From the NCBI GenBank assembly GCA_018826075.1, contig JAHKAJ010000024.1:69910-133909 (forward strand): 64,000 bases of DNA, in the 5' to 3' direction. Below, one piece after another: positions 1-9,499 of this stretch (positions within the stretch are counted from its first letter, which is position 1; each line of letters begins with the position of its first letter). The stretch comes from Candidatus Omnitrophota bacterium. GTDB lineage: Bacteria > Omnitrophota > Gorgyraeia > Duberdicusellales > 4484-171. Under the pieces are notes generated by a model. It saw only the letters and a program-made list of their open reading frames with translations. It was not told the DNA's origin and did not search any database. The position numbers and the translations under genes were made by a program.

Positions 1-924
1 TTTCCTTATCTTATTGGACTATTCATATTGCTGATATTTTTAAAATCCAGCGGCCTTTCCTTCAATCCTTTCTATACTATTCAACCAGACGAATTGGGAG
101 TATTGCTTCGTTTCGGAAAATTCGTCAAAGCCACTAAATCCGGACTACATTTTAAATGGCCTTTTATCGAGAGGGCCATACCGGTTAAAGTGGAGAAAGT
201 CTTTACCGAGGAGTTCGGTTTTCGCACCCAGTCAACCGGAGTGAGAACTGTTTACAGTCAAAAATCCTACGATGATGAGTCGTTGATGCTTAGCGGCGAT
301 TTAAATGTTTTAGATCTGGAGTGGATTGTCCAATACAAGTTCAAAGATCCCTATGACGTTTTATTCAATGTTAATGATGTGGTTAAAGCCGTCCGGGATG
401 TTTCTGAATCGGTAATGCGCCGGATCGTCGGGGATCATTCCTTCAATGAAGTGCTTACCACCAAGCGTATTGAAATCAACAACCAGGTTCAGGAAGAAAT
501 GCAGCAAATTTTGGATAGTTATAAAATCGGCATTCAGGTGGTAAAGGTGAAATTACAGGACGTTAATCCGCCCGACCCGGTAAAGCCGGCTTTTAACGAA
601 GTCAACCAAGCAAAACAGGAAAGGGAAACGTTAAAAAACCAGGCTTGGGAGGTATATAACCAGAAAATACCTCAGGCCAAGGGTGAGGCTTTGAAGATAA
701 TCAAAGAAGCTGAAGGTTATGCTTTGGAAAAAATTAACCGGGCTAAAGGCGATGCCGAGCGTTTTGTTTTGCTTTATCAAGAATATATCCTTGCCAAAGA
801 GGTAACTTTAAAACGCCTCTATCTAGATAATATGAATGATATTTTAAAGGCAGCCGGCGCAAAATATATAGTTGATCCAAAAGAAAAGGGAATTCTCCCA
901 CTATTAAAGCTTCAACATGAATAA
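1..924 (+). CDS. hflK: HflK, SPFH/band-7 protease modulator. The reading frame is open to position 1, so the 5' end is probably outside the window.
   Basis: The translation has an SPFH domain, an N-terminal hydrophobic segment and a coiled-coil C-terminus. It overlaps the HflC paralog downstream, the typical hflKC arrangement. Confidence 0.75.
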   Translation, partial: FPYLIGLFILLIFLKSSGLSFNPFYTIQPDELGVLLRFGKFVKATKSGLHFKWPFIERAIPVKVEKVFTEEFGFRTQSTGVRTVYSQKSYDDESLMLSGDLNVLDLEWIVQYKFKDPYDVLFNVNDVVKAVRDVSESVMRRIVGDHSFNEVLTTKRIEINNQVQEEMQQILDSYKIGIQVVKVKLQDVNPPDPVKPAFNEVNQAKQERETLKNQAWEVYNQKIPQAKGEALKIIKEAEGYALEKINRAKGDAERFVLLYQEYILAKEVTLKRLYLDNMNDILKAAGAKYIVDPKEKGILPLLKLQHE

Positions 925-1867
925 AAAGATTGGTCTATTTTCCACATTGATTATTATTGTTCTGCTTTTAGCCGGGAATCCTTTTTTTGTGGTCGTTGAA
1001 GGTAGCCAAGCGATAATTACTCAGTTCGGTGATCCGATCGGTCGACCGATAACCGCCGCAGGTCTACATTTAAAAATTCCTTTTATCCAAAAAGTTACCT
1101 ATTTTCAGAAACGGATACTGGAATGGGATGGTTTTCCCAATGAAATACCTACTAAGGATAAACGCTATATTTGGATAGACACTACGGCCCGCTGGAAGAT
1201 AGTTGATGCCCTTGAATTTTTCAAAACCGTTTCTTCAGAGCGGGGAGGTCAAACCATACTTGACGGGATAATCGACGCTGCTGTGCGTGATGCCATAACT
1301 TCTCAAAAATCTACTGAAGTAATCCGTTCTTCAAACCAGTTATTGGAAAATTTAAAGGTGTTACAAGCCGAGGAAGGATTTATTGACGAGGGAGCCTTAG
1401 AAGAGATAAGTTTTGGCCGGGAAAAGCTGCGCCAGGAAATAGTCCAAAAAGCCCGGGAAGATTTAGGCACTCGCTATGGCATTGAACTTATTGATGTACG
1501 GATTAAACGGATAAACTACATTGAGAAAGTTCAGCGTGATGTCTATGAACGGATGAAAGCTGAACGTAAGCGTGCAGCTGAACAATATCGTTCAGAAGGA
1601 AGAGGCATCCGGGCTGATGTTGAAGGCCGGACAGGAAAAGATTTAAAATTAATTCTTTCAGAGGCGTACAAAGAGGCTCAGCGGATTAAGGGAGAAGCTG
1701 ATGCTACAGCTACCAAAATTTACGCCGATGCTTATAATAAAGATCCTGAGTTTTTTTCTTTTTTGAAAACCTTGGAAACTTACGGTAATACCGTTGATAA
1801 AAATACGACTATAATTTTAACCACCGATGGCGAATACTACAAATATCTTAATAAAATTACCCCCTAA
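917..1867 (+). CDS. hflC: HflC, SPFH/band-7 protease modulator
   Basis: N-terminal TM segment, SPFH domain and coiled coil. Start overlaps the hflK stop. Confidence 0.8.
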   Translation: MNKKIGLFSTLIIIVLLLAGNPFFVVVEGSQAIITQFGDPIGRPITAAGLHLKIPFIQKVTYFQKRILEWDGFPNEIPTKDKRYIWIDTTARWKIVDALEFFKTVSSERGGQTILDGIIDAAVRDAITSQKSTEVIRSSNQLLENLKVLQAEEGFIDEGALEEISFGREKLRQEIVQKAREDLGTRYGIELIDVRIKRINYIEKVQRDVYERMKAERKRAAEQYRSEGRGIRADVEGRTGKDLKLILSEAYKEAQRIKGEADATATKIYADAYNKDPEFFSFLKTLETYGNTVDKNTTIILTTDGEYYKYLNKITP

Positions 1868-1889
1868 AAACTTTAATTAACTTAGTCCG

Positions 1890-2741
1890 ATGGATACCGC
1901 CATTCTATTGATATCCTGCCGTGATCAAAAAGGCATTACTGCCGCAGTTACCAATTTTATTTATCAGTATCAGGGAAACATCGAGCATGCTGACCAGCAT
2001 ATAGACTCTCAATCTAATGTTTTTTTTATGCGTATCGAGTGGTCGCTGAAAGGTTTTGCTTTGGCCAAACCAAAAATCATCGCTAAGTTTGCCCCGTTGG
2101 CTAAAAAATTTAAAATGGATTATTCACTTTATTTCAGCGCCGAAACTTCCCGGATGGCGATTTTTGTCTCTGAAGTGACTCATTGCCTTTACGATTTACT
2201 GCTTAAGTTTAAAGAAAAACAACTGTTTTGCCAAATACCATTGATTATCAGTAATCATTCGCAGGCTAAGAAAATCGCCGAAGATTTTAATATTAAATTT
2301 TTCTTTTCCCAAAAAAATCCCCAAAATAAACTTTCAGCCGAGAAAAAGGAGATAGCCATACTGAGGAAAGAAAAAATTGATTTTATCGCTTTGGCCAGAT
2401 ACGGCCAGATTTTTACCCGGCAGTTTGTTAAGGCCTACCATACCCGGATTATCAATATTCACCATTCTTTTTTGCCGGCTTTTGCCGGTTCAAACCCCTA
2501 CCGTCAGGCTTATTCCCGGGGCGTAAAGATTATCGGAGCAACCAGCCACTACGTTACTGAAAAGTTGGATGCCGGGCCGATAATTGAACAGGATATTGTC
2601 CGGGTAAGCCACCGGGATTGTTTAGAAGACCTAAGGTTCAAAGGCCAGGATCTGGAACGCACGGTTTTCAGCCGGGCTGTCCGCTGGCACCTTGAACATA
2701 AAATCCTGGTTTACGGTAATAAAACCGTGGTTTTCGATTAA
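1890..2741 (+). CDS. purU: formyltetrahydrofolate deformylase
   Basis: N-terminal ACT-like region followed by a formyltransferase domain. The HHSFLPAF...SHYVTE.LDAGPII motif is typical of PurU. Confidence 0.85.
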   Translation: MDTAILLISCRDQKGITAAVTNFIYQYQGNIEHADQHIDSQSNVFFMRIEWSLKGFALAKPKIIAKFAPLAKKFKMDYSLYFSAETSRMAIFVSEVTHCLYDLLLKFKEKQLFCQIPLIISNHSQAKKIAEDFNIKFFFSQKNPQNKLSAEKKEIAILRKEKIDFIALARYGQIFTRQFVKAYHTRIINIHHSFLPAFAGSNPYRQAYSRGVKIIGATSHYVTEKLDAGPIIEQDIVRVSHRDCLEDLRFKGQDLERTVFSRAVRWHLEHKILVYGNKTVVFD

Positions 2742-2746
2742 AATAT

Positions 2747-2774
2747 TGCAATCCTTTGAATTTATGCTAAAATA
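2747..2774 (+). promoter_or_regulatory. sigma-70-like promoter (TTGCAA, 16-nt spacer, TAAAAT) ahead of the ABC-transporter operon
   Basis: -35 TTGCAA at about 2747-2752 and -10 TAAAAT at about 2769-2774. A strong GGAGGAGG ribosome-binding site precedes the ATG at 2812. Confidence 0.35.
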
Positions 2775-2811
2775 TGCGTCTTTTCGGGTTTTATCTTAAC
2801 GGAGGAGGCCA

Positions 2812-4095
2812 ATGAAAAAACTTTCGAAATTAATAGTCTTTTTTGTCTTAATCCCGCTTATCTTCGGTTGTTCAGCCAAAAAACCAAAAGACAACACTAT
2901 CATCGTCTGGCACTGGATGACTGACCGTAAAGACGCTTTTTCTGAACTAGCTACCAAATACCAAGCCGAAACCGGAGTCAACGTCGAGTTTAAACTGCTT
3001 TTTCCTCCAGAAACCTATTCGATGAAAGTGACTGCGGCGGCCCGGGCAAAAACTCTCCCTGATATTTTTGGTATTTTGGGAGAAAAAACGACCGTTGGTT
3101 CTTTTATCCGGGCCCAGCACATTGCCGATCTTACTCCTTATATGAATGAAAATTTTCAGGAGTGGAAGAACCGCTTTTATCCTCAAACTTTAGATCTGGT
3201 AGTTTTTAAAGATGGGAATTCATCACAAGTTAAGCCGGGAATATACGCTGTGCCGATTGATACTACGATTATGCAATTTGTCTATAATAAATCGCTTTTG
3301 GATAAATTGGGATTTTCAGCACCCCCGGAAACTTTTGAGGAATTCATAAAATATGCTGCCTTGGTAAAAGGAAAGAGCGACCAGTTCGGCTTTGTCTGCG
3401 GCTGGGGTGAAGGCTGGTTGTTAAATGCTTTAGCGATTGAGTGGGCAATAAACCTAATGGGTGAAGAGAAATTTTTACAGACTATCGAAAGGAAAGTTTC
3501 TTATACTGACCCGGATTGGCTTAAGGTATTTACTTTGTTTGAAACTCTGAAAAATTCCGGTATCCTTGTTCCTAATATCGCCACTATGACCAATAAGGAG
3601 TCAGAAGACGCTTTTGCAAAAGGTAAGGCCCTTTTTTCTTTTAATGGCAGCTGGTCAATAAATGTTTACCAACAGTTGAATCCTGAAATCCAATACGGAT
3701 TTTTTTCGCTTCCCAAAATCTCCATCGAGCATCCGGTAAAAATCTGGGGAGGTTCTGGTTCTTCGTTTATGGTCAATGAGCGTTCGCCTAACAAACTGGA
3801 GGCGATCAAGTTTTTAAAATGGTTTACCGCAAAACAGCAGCAGGTATTTTTGATCGAGAAAACCAATAATCTTCCGGCGATCAAAGACTGTCAGGACCAG
3901 ATGCCGGAAAAACTTAGAAAACTCACCTTGAATTTGTCAAACCTTACTCACCCTGATACTTGGCCGGATAATGAAGATTCAAGGGTTATTGAAGTAATAA
4001 ACCGGGGCCTTCAGCAGATCGTTATGGGCCTTAAAACGCCCTCGGAAGTTGCCCGGGAAGTCCAGGAAAAAAAGGATAAAATTTTTCGAAAATGA
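2812..4095 (+). CDS. ABC transporter extracellular solute-binding lipoprotein (carbohydrate family)
   Basis: Lipoprotein signal peptide (LIFGCSAKK). Length and composition fit family-1 sugar-binding proteins. Two overlapping permease genes follow. Confidence 0.75.
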   Translation: MKKLSKLIVFFVLIPLIFGCSAKKPKDNTIIVWHWMTDRKDAFSELATKYQAETGVNVEFKLLFPPETYSMKVTAAARAKTLPDIFGILGEKTTVGSFIRAQHIADLTPYMNENFQEWKNRFYPQTLDLVVFKDGNSSQVKPGIYAVPIDTTIMQFVYNKSLLDKLGFSAPPETFEEFIKYAALVKGKSDQFGFVCGWGEGWLLNALAIEWAINLMGEEKFLQTIERKVSYTDPDWLKVFTLFETLKNSGILVPNIATMTNKESEDAFAKGKALFSFNGSWSINVYQQLNPEIQYGFFSLPKISIEHPVKIWGGSGSSFMVNERSPNKLEAIKFLKWFTAKQQQVFLIEKTNNLPAIKDCQDQMPEKLRKLTLNLSNLTHPDTWPDNEDSRVIEVINRGLQQIVMGLKTPSEVAREVQEKKDKIFRK

Positions 4096-5006
4096 ATGCT
4101 TCCTTTAAAGAAAATAGCCTGAACTTTTCCTTTGTGGCTCCGGCCTTGTTTATCTTCTCGATTTTTTATATCTACCCGTTTTTTTACAGCTTTATTCTAA
4201 GCCTGACTAACTACGATTTAATCGGTGATTTCAATTTTAAAAACTACTACGTGGGTTTTAGCAATTTTAGAGATGTATTTACCGATAAAGATTGGTGGAA
4301 GTCGATGTATAACGGCGGTTATATCACTTTCTGGGCTTTGACTTTTCAAAACATCCTGGCTTTTGCTTTAGCTTTAGCCGTAGATAAGGTAGTAAGGCTT
4401 AAAAAGTTTTACCGGGTAGTTTTTTTTATTTTACCGGTGCTTTCAGAAATAATTATCGGCCTTTTGATGAAGCAGCTTTTAATCGGCGAACCTACCGGAA
4501 GGAATGTCTTCAATAACCTGCTTAACAGCGCCGGTTTAGGCTTTATGGCTCAGGATTGGATTGGCGGTGACCGGGTCAGGATGATTACCGCTTTGGTCCA
4601 TTGTTGGAAAGGTTTTGGCTGGGCCTTCGTGATTTTATTTGCCGGATTGCAGACTATTCCCGAACAACTTTATGAAGCGGCTAAAATCGACGGCGCTAAT
4701 GCCTGGCAACAATTTCGCAAGATCACCATCCCCTTAGTCATGCCGGTCATTACCCTGGTAGTTGTTCTTACTATTCTGGGGACGATGCAGGCATTTGCTA
4801 TGATTCTAGCTTTAAATGCCGGCGCCGGCGGAGAAACTACGGTTCCGGTTATGATTATTTTTTCGCATCTTGGCGGCGCCAGCAAATTAGCCGGTTTAGC
4901 CTGCGCTGAAGGTTTGATCTTAGGAGCGATATTAGTGGCCGTTTCTTTCAGTATGTTTTTTGTTTCCAAAAAAGTCAGGGAGAAATACGGTGTATTACCA
5001 AGCTAA
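4092..5006 (+). CDS. sugar ABC transporter permease (MalF/UgpA-like)
   Basis: Multi-pass membrane protein carrying the EAA-like motif AAKIDGANAWQQFRKITIP. Confidence 0.8.
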   Translation: MNASFKENSLNFSFVAPALFIFSIFYIYPFFYSFILSLTNYDLIGDFNFKNYYVGFSNFRDVFTDKDWWKSMYNGGYITFWALTFQNILAFALALAVDKVVRLKKFYRVVFFILPVLSEIIIGLLMKQLLIGEPTGRNVFNNLLNSAGLGFMAQDWIGGDRVRMITALVHCWKGFGWAFVILFAGLQTIPEQLYEAAKIDGANAWQQFRKITIPLVMPVITLVVVLTILGTMQAFAMILALNAGAGGETTVPVMIIFSHLGGASKLAGLACAEGLILGAILVAVSFSMFFVSKKVREKYGVLPS

Positions 5007-5826
5007 GAAAATTATTACGGTTATACTTTTACATACCTTTTTGATCAGCGTAGCTCTTTCCTGTATTTTTCCTTTCTTTTGGATGGTCAATGTATCGTTT
5101 AAGACTCAAAGCGAATATGATGCCGATTCAGGCCTAAAGCTTGCCCAGTCGTTAAATTGGGATAATTACCACAAGGTGATCTTTGAAGGCGGTTTTTGGC
5201 GCTATATCGTCAACAGCGTGGTTTACACCTTTGCTACGGTCATTTTTATTGTTTTTATTTCTTCCCTGGCCGCGTTTGGCTTTTCGCGTTTGAATTTTCC
5301 CGGTAAAAATATTATTTTTTTCATGTTTTTAGCGGCAATGATGATACCGCTTCCGGCTGGTTTTGTCCCGATTTACGCCTTGCTTCAGCAACTGGGGTTA
5401 TTGAACCGGGCAGGATATATCTTTGCCATGACTAATATCGGCTTATCGCTTAGCATTTACCTTTTAAAAACTTTCTTTGACCAGCTGCCGCGGGATCTTG
5501 AAGATGCCGCGCGTATCGACGGCTGCAATAAGCTTCAGATCTGGTGGCATGTAGGTTTGCCGCTGGTTGCTCCGGCTTTAGGGGTAGTAGTTATTTTCAA
5601 TGCCTTGAATGTCTGGAACGAATTTGTTTTGGCTAAGCTTATATTTACCGATGAACAGTTTATGCCGCTTCAAGCCGGGCTGATGGAATTTACCGGAAAG
5701 ATGGTGACCCAGCACACTTTGATTATGACTGCTTTGACTATTGCAGCCCTGCCAATAATTATTTTGTATATAAAAATGCAAAAACAGTTTATTAAAGGGC
5801 TGACTGCCGGGGCAGTGGTGGGATGA
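4960..5826 (+). CDS. sugar ABC transporter permease (MalG/UgpE-like). The true start is probably the GTG near 4990, after an AGGGAG ribosome-binding site.
   Basis: Multi-pass membrane protein carrying the EAA motif DAARIDGCNKLQIWWHVGLP. Confidence 0.8.
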   Translation: MFPKKSGRNTVYYQAKKIITVILLHTFLISVALSCIFPFFWMVNVSFKTQSEYDADSGLKLAQSLNWDNYHKVIFEGGFWRYIVNSVVYTFATVIFIVFISSLAAFGFSRLNFPGKNIIFFMFLAAMMIPLPAGFVPIYALLQQLGLLNRAGYIFAMTNIGLSLSIYLLKTFFDQLPRDLEDAARIDGCNKLQIWWHVGLPLVAPALGVVVIFNALNVWNEFVLAKLIFTDEQFMPLQAGLMEFTGKMVTQHTLIMTALTIAALPIIILYIKMQKQFIKGLTAGAVVG

Positions 5827-8120
5827 TGAAGAATAGCATATCGTATATCGTATGTCGTATATCGTTAATTTGTGTTTTAGTCAGCTTTGCCGCTATAAAT
5901 TGCTTTGGGCAGGAGTCTAATGACTATGTCAAAAAAGGCTGGTCATTGAGAGGGGCTAAAAAATACCAGGAAGCTTATCGGATGATCGAGGAATGCCTTG
6001 AAAAATATTCTGCTGAGGCAGATAAGTTGGCTAAAAAATTGATCGCTTTTCCTCCCGAAGGCAAGGAAACTGATTACCAGGTAATGAACGACGTAGCTGA
6101 ATCTTATTTTATTAAAGCTGAGGTTTTGCGCGATGAAGGAAAAATCGATGAAGCGGTAACTACCTTCCAAATTGTCGTGGATAAGTATCCCTTTGCCCAG
6201 GCTTTTGATCCTCGGGGTTGGTTTTGGAAAATAGCCCAGGCTGCGGCTGATGCGGTTTGCGAAATAACCGGAGTTTGTCCGGAAGAAGAAAATATTGTGG
6301 AAAAAGAAATCCCGGCTGTCCTTTATGACCAGGGTTGCGAGTTTCCGGTAGGTTACTCTAAATACGGAGAGTTTATCGATGAAGGAACTAAGGATTATAA
6401 GTTCAAGGTAAAGGATTCCATTGGTTTATCTAAGGCCGTGGGTGAAGGGATCCACCCTAATACCAGCTCAGTAAAATTTGATCCGGGATTTATTGAAACT
6501 AAAAAGGAACTTTCAACGATCGACCATTGGCAGATCCTAAACAGCCGGAATTCAAAACTTGCCTTTTATAAATGGACTATGGCTCCCGAACCTCCCGGGG
6601 TAAAGCAGTTTCATCTTGCTGAAATTTTGGAACGCAGCGGTTTGATCAAACAAGCGATCAAAGCTTATTATTCGATCTTAGTTCATTTTCCAAAAAGCTA
6701 TGGATGGACTTATTGGCATACCCCTTGGTATGTTGCCAAAGTGGCTCTTTATCGGATTAAGTACCTACTTAAACATCATCCTGAGCTGAGCCTTTCCTTG
6801 GAAGGTGCTGATATCAAGATCTTAAACGGTTACGACAATGATATCCGCAACGATGTTTTTATTGTTAATCCCGGAAGGATAGAGCCGCTTTCTTTTTGGA
6901 AAAAAACTTTATTGTCCAGTGTTTGCTCTGAACGTAAGCGTGATCTCGGTAAAATAGTTGACACCCGGGGTGGAAGCGTCAAGCTGGTTAAATACGCCTC
7001 TGGCGATTGGCAAATGTTTTTAAATGATTCGCCGTTTATGATCAAATCTATCACCTACGGTCCCACCCGGGTCGGAGAATCTCCGGATGACGGCACCATG
7101 CAGAATTGGGGCACCCAGGATTTGAACAATAACCAACTTATCGATGCTCCTTTTGAGGCTTGGGTAGATAAAAATCAGAATAACCTAAAGGATGACGATG
7201 AAAAAACAGTCGGAGATTTCGCTTTATTGAAGGGGATGGGTGCTAATTCGATCCGTCTCTACCATCAGCCTTCAGAATTAAATAAAAAAATTCTTCGACA
7301 AATGCATGGAAAATATGGTATATATATACTACTCGGCGATTTCCTGGGTAAATACACCCTGGGTAGCGGAGCTGACTGGGACCCGGGAACCGACTATGAT
7401 AACCCGGATCAAAAGCAAAAAATGCTTGCTAGTGTTGAGAAAATGGTCCGGGAACACCAGGATGAACCTTATGTGCTGATTTGGTTGTTAGGCAATGAAA
7501 ACGTCTATGGGTTAGGCTGCAACGCTGATAAGAAACCCGAGAGTTTCTTTAAGTTTGCTAATGAAGCAGCCCTCCTGATAAAGTCTTTGGATTCTAAGAA
7601 ACGGCCAGTAGCTATAGTTTCCGGGGATATCCTGTATTTAGATATCTTTGCTAAAAATTGCCCGGATATTGATATCTTTGGCACTAATGCCTACCGGGGC
7701 AAATACGGTTTTTTAGACATTTGGGATGAAGTCCGCCGGGTTTCGGGTAAAGCGGCAATGATAACTGAATATGGGACTTCTTCTTTTTCTAAAGGTTATT
7801 CTTTGAAAGAAAGTGAATTGTACCAGGCTACCTATCATAAAGCCTGTTGGAATGATATCATCTGTAATTCCGCCGGTTTTGGAGCCGGGAATGCTGTGGG
7901 CGGAATAGCCTTTGAATGGCTGGATGAATGGTGGAAGGCTTACAAACCTAACTATCATGATCGAAAGGGCCTTTTTAGCGGCCCGTTTTTAGACGGATAC
8001 ATGCATGAAGAATGGTTGGGACTTTGCGGCCAGGGTGACGGAAGCCAATCGCCTTACTTGAGACATTTGAAAGAAGCTTATTTTACCTATAAAGAGCTTT
8101 GGAATAAAAAGTACGAATAG
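5823..8120 (+). CDS. secreted glycoside hydrolase, clan GH-A TIM barrel with a GH2-like catalytic domain and a ~450-aa N-terminal region of unknown function
   Basis: Signal peptide. Acid/base motif LLGNENVYG and nucleophile motif MITEYGTS resemble LacZ/GUS-type GH2 TIM barrels. It is paralogous to the gene at 9500-10879 (shared FEW(L/S)DEWWK and EEW(L/F)G motifs). Confidence 0.55.
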   Translation: MMKNSISYIVCRISLICVLVSFAAINCFGQESNDYVKKGWSLRGAKKYQEAYRMIEECLEKYSAEADKLAKKLIAFPPEGKETDYQVMNDVAESYFIKAEVLRDEGKIDEAVTTFQIVVDKYPFAQAFDPRGWFWKIAQAAADAVCEITGVCPEEENIVEKEIPAVLYDQGCEFPVGYSKYGEFIDEGTKDYKFKVKDSIGLSKAVGEGIHPNTSSVKFDPGFIETKKELSTIDHWQILNSRNSKLAFYKWTMAPEPPGVKQFHLAEILERSGLIKQAIKAYYSILVHFPKSYGWTYWHTPWYVAKVALYRIKYLLKHHPELSLSLEGADIKILNGYDNDIRNDVFIVNPGRIEPLSFWKKTLLSSVCSERKRDLGKIVDTRGGSVKLVKYASGDWQMFLNDSPFMIKSITYGPTRVGESPDDGTMQNWGTQDLNNNQLIDAPFEAWVDKNQNNLKDDDEKTVGDFALLKGMGANSIRLYHQPSELNKKILRQMHGKYGIYILLGDFLGKYTLGSGADWDPGTDYDNPDQKQKMLASVEKMVREHQDEPYVLIWLLGNENVYGLGCNADKKPESFFKFANEAALLIKSLDSKKRPVAIVSGDILYLDIFAKNCPDIDIFGTNAYRGKYGFLDIWDEVRRVSGKAAMITEYGTSSFSKGYSLKESELYQATYHKACWNDIICNSAGFGAGNAVGGIAFEWLDEWWKAYKPNYHDRKGLFSGPFLDGYMHEEWLGLCGQGDGSQSPYLRHLKEAYFTYKELWNKKYE

Positions 8121-8238
8121 AATTAGGAAACAGGATCACAGATAGGATAATAAATAGGATGACCACGGGAAGTAAAGTCTGTGATTCGGTGTTTTAACCA
8201 GGTAGTTCCGTGGTTTAGAAAAGAGGAGGTTTTGAAAA

Positions 8239-9425
8239 TGGGTAGGAGATTATTGTTAGTTGCTCTCTGTCTCATCGGCTGTACCTATTTGGTAACAGCG
8301 AGTGCTTTAAGCGGTGAATGTAAAACGGTGGATAACTTTTTTGTCTATACCGATAAAAATTCACCTTTGAATAATTTTATCCCCAGCGGCTGGATGGGTG
8401 ATTATGGAGATCTGCGGATGAATGACCAGGCTACTGATGAATTCGTTTCCGGTGCGACTTCGATCAAACTTACTTATACCGCTAAAAAAACTCAAGGCCA
8501 AGGTTGGGCCGGGATTTATTGGCAGTCAGCACAAAACAACTGGGGAGCTAAAGACACAGGAGTCGATCTAAGTAAATATAACAAATTGGTTTTAAAGGCT
8601 AAGGGTGAAAACGGCGGCGAGGTCATTACCAAGATGAAAGTAGGCGGCATTACTAAGAATGTAGCTACCGGTGAAGCTGTTGCTTTTCCGGACAGTCTTG
8701 ACGTAGAATCCGGTCCGATCCGTCTGACTAAAGATTGGCAGGAATATTATATAAATCTTGTCGACCAGGATCTTTCCAGTGTCAACGGCGGGTTTGCGGT
8801 AATCTTTAACGTTGACCATGCCGCAGGCGAGCAAGCGATTTATTTGGATGAGGTTTATTTTACTTATGACCCAAATTTAAAGAAAGAAGAAGCCCGCACT
8901 AATTTCCCTTTTTATGTCTATGCTGATTCGAACTCTCTGGACAACCACTTTATCCCCAGCGGCTGGATGCCGGCAACCGCAGCTAAAGATTTACGCTTAA
9001 ATACCAGCTGGAAAAACTATGCTTTTTCCGGAGACAGTTCGATACGCGTTGAGTACAAAAATGAATCGGGAACCCGTTGGGCAGGTATTTACTGGCAACA
9101 GCCGGCAAATAACTGGGGGGAAGTTCCTAACGCCGGTTACAATCTGCAAGGTGCAACTAAACTTACTTTTTGGGCCCGCGGCGACAAAGGCGAAGAAATC
9201 ATTAATGAGTTTAAAGTCGGCGGTATCTCCAGCGGTGAGCATATCGATTCTGACAGCGCCAGCATCGGCCCGGTTAAACTTACTACCGAATGGACTAAAT
9301 ACGAGATCGATTTGACAGGTAAAGACCTATCCTACGTTATCGGCGGTTTTTGCTGGTCGACTAACATCGATGTTAACGATCCCGAAGGTATAGTGTTTTA
9401 CCTCGATGAGATTGCTTACGAATAA
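8239..9425 (+). CDS. secreted protein with two tandem ~190-aa carbohydrate-binding-module-like repeats
   Basis: ATG at 8239 after an AAGAGGAGG ribosome-binding site. Signal peptide present. Internal duplication: FIPSGWMGDYGDL...WAGIYWQSAQNNWG...KVGGI repeated as FIPSGWMPATAAKDL...WAGIYWQQPANNWG...KVGGI. Confidence 0.45.
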
Positions 9426-9442
9426 TTATTGACAATTAACTA

Positions 9443-9467
9443 CCTGCCGGAGATAATCTCCGGCAGG
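9443..9467 (+). terminator. intrinsic terminator hairpin after the CBM-like gene
   Basis: Perfect inverted repeat CCTGCCGGAGAT-AA-TCTCCGGCAGG followed by T-rich sequence. Confidence 0.45.
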
Positions 9468-9499
9468 TATGTCTTTATCAATCTAAAGGTTTTGCTTAT

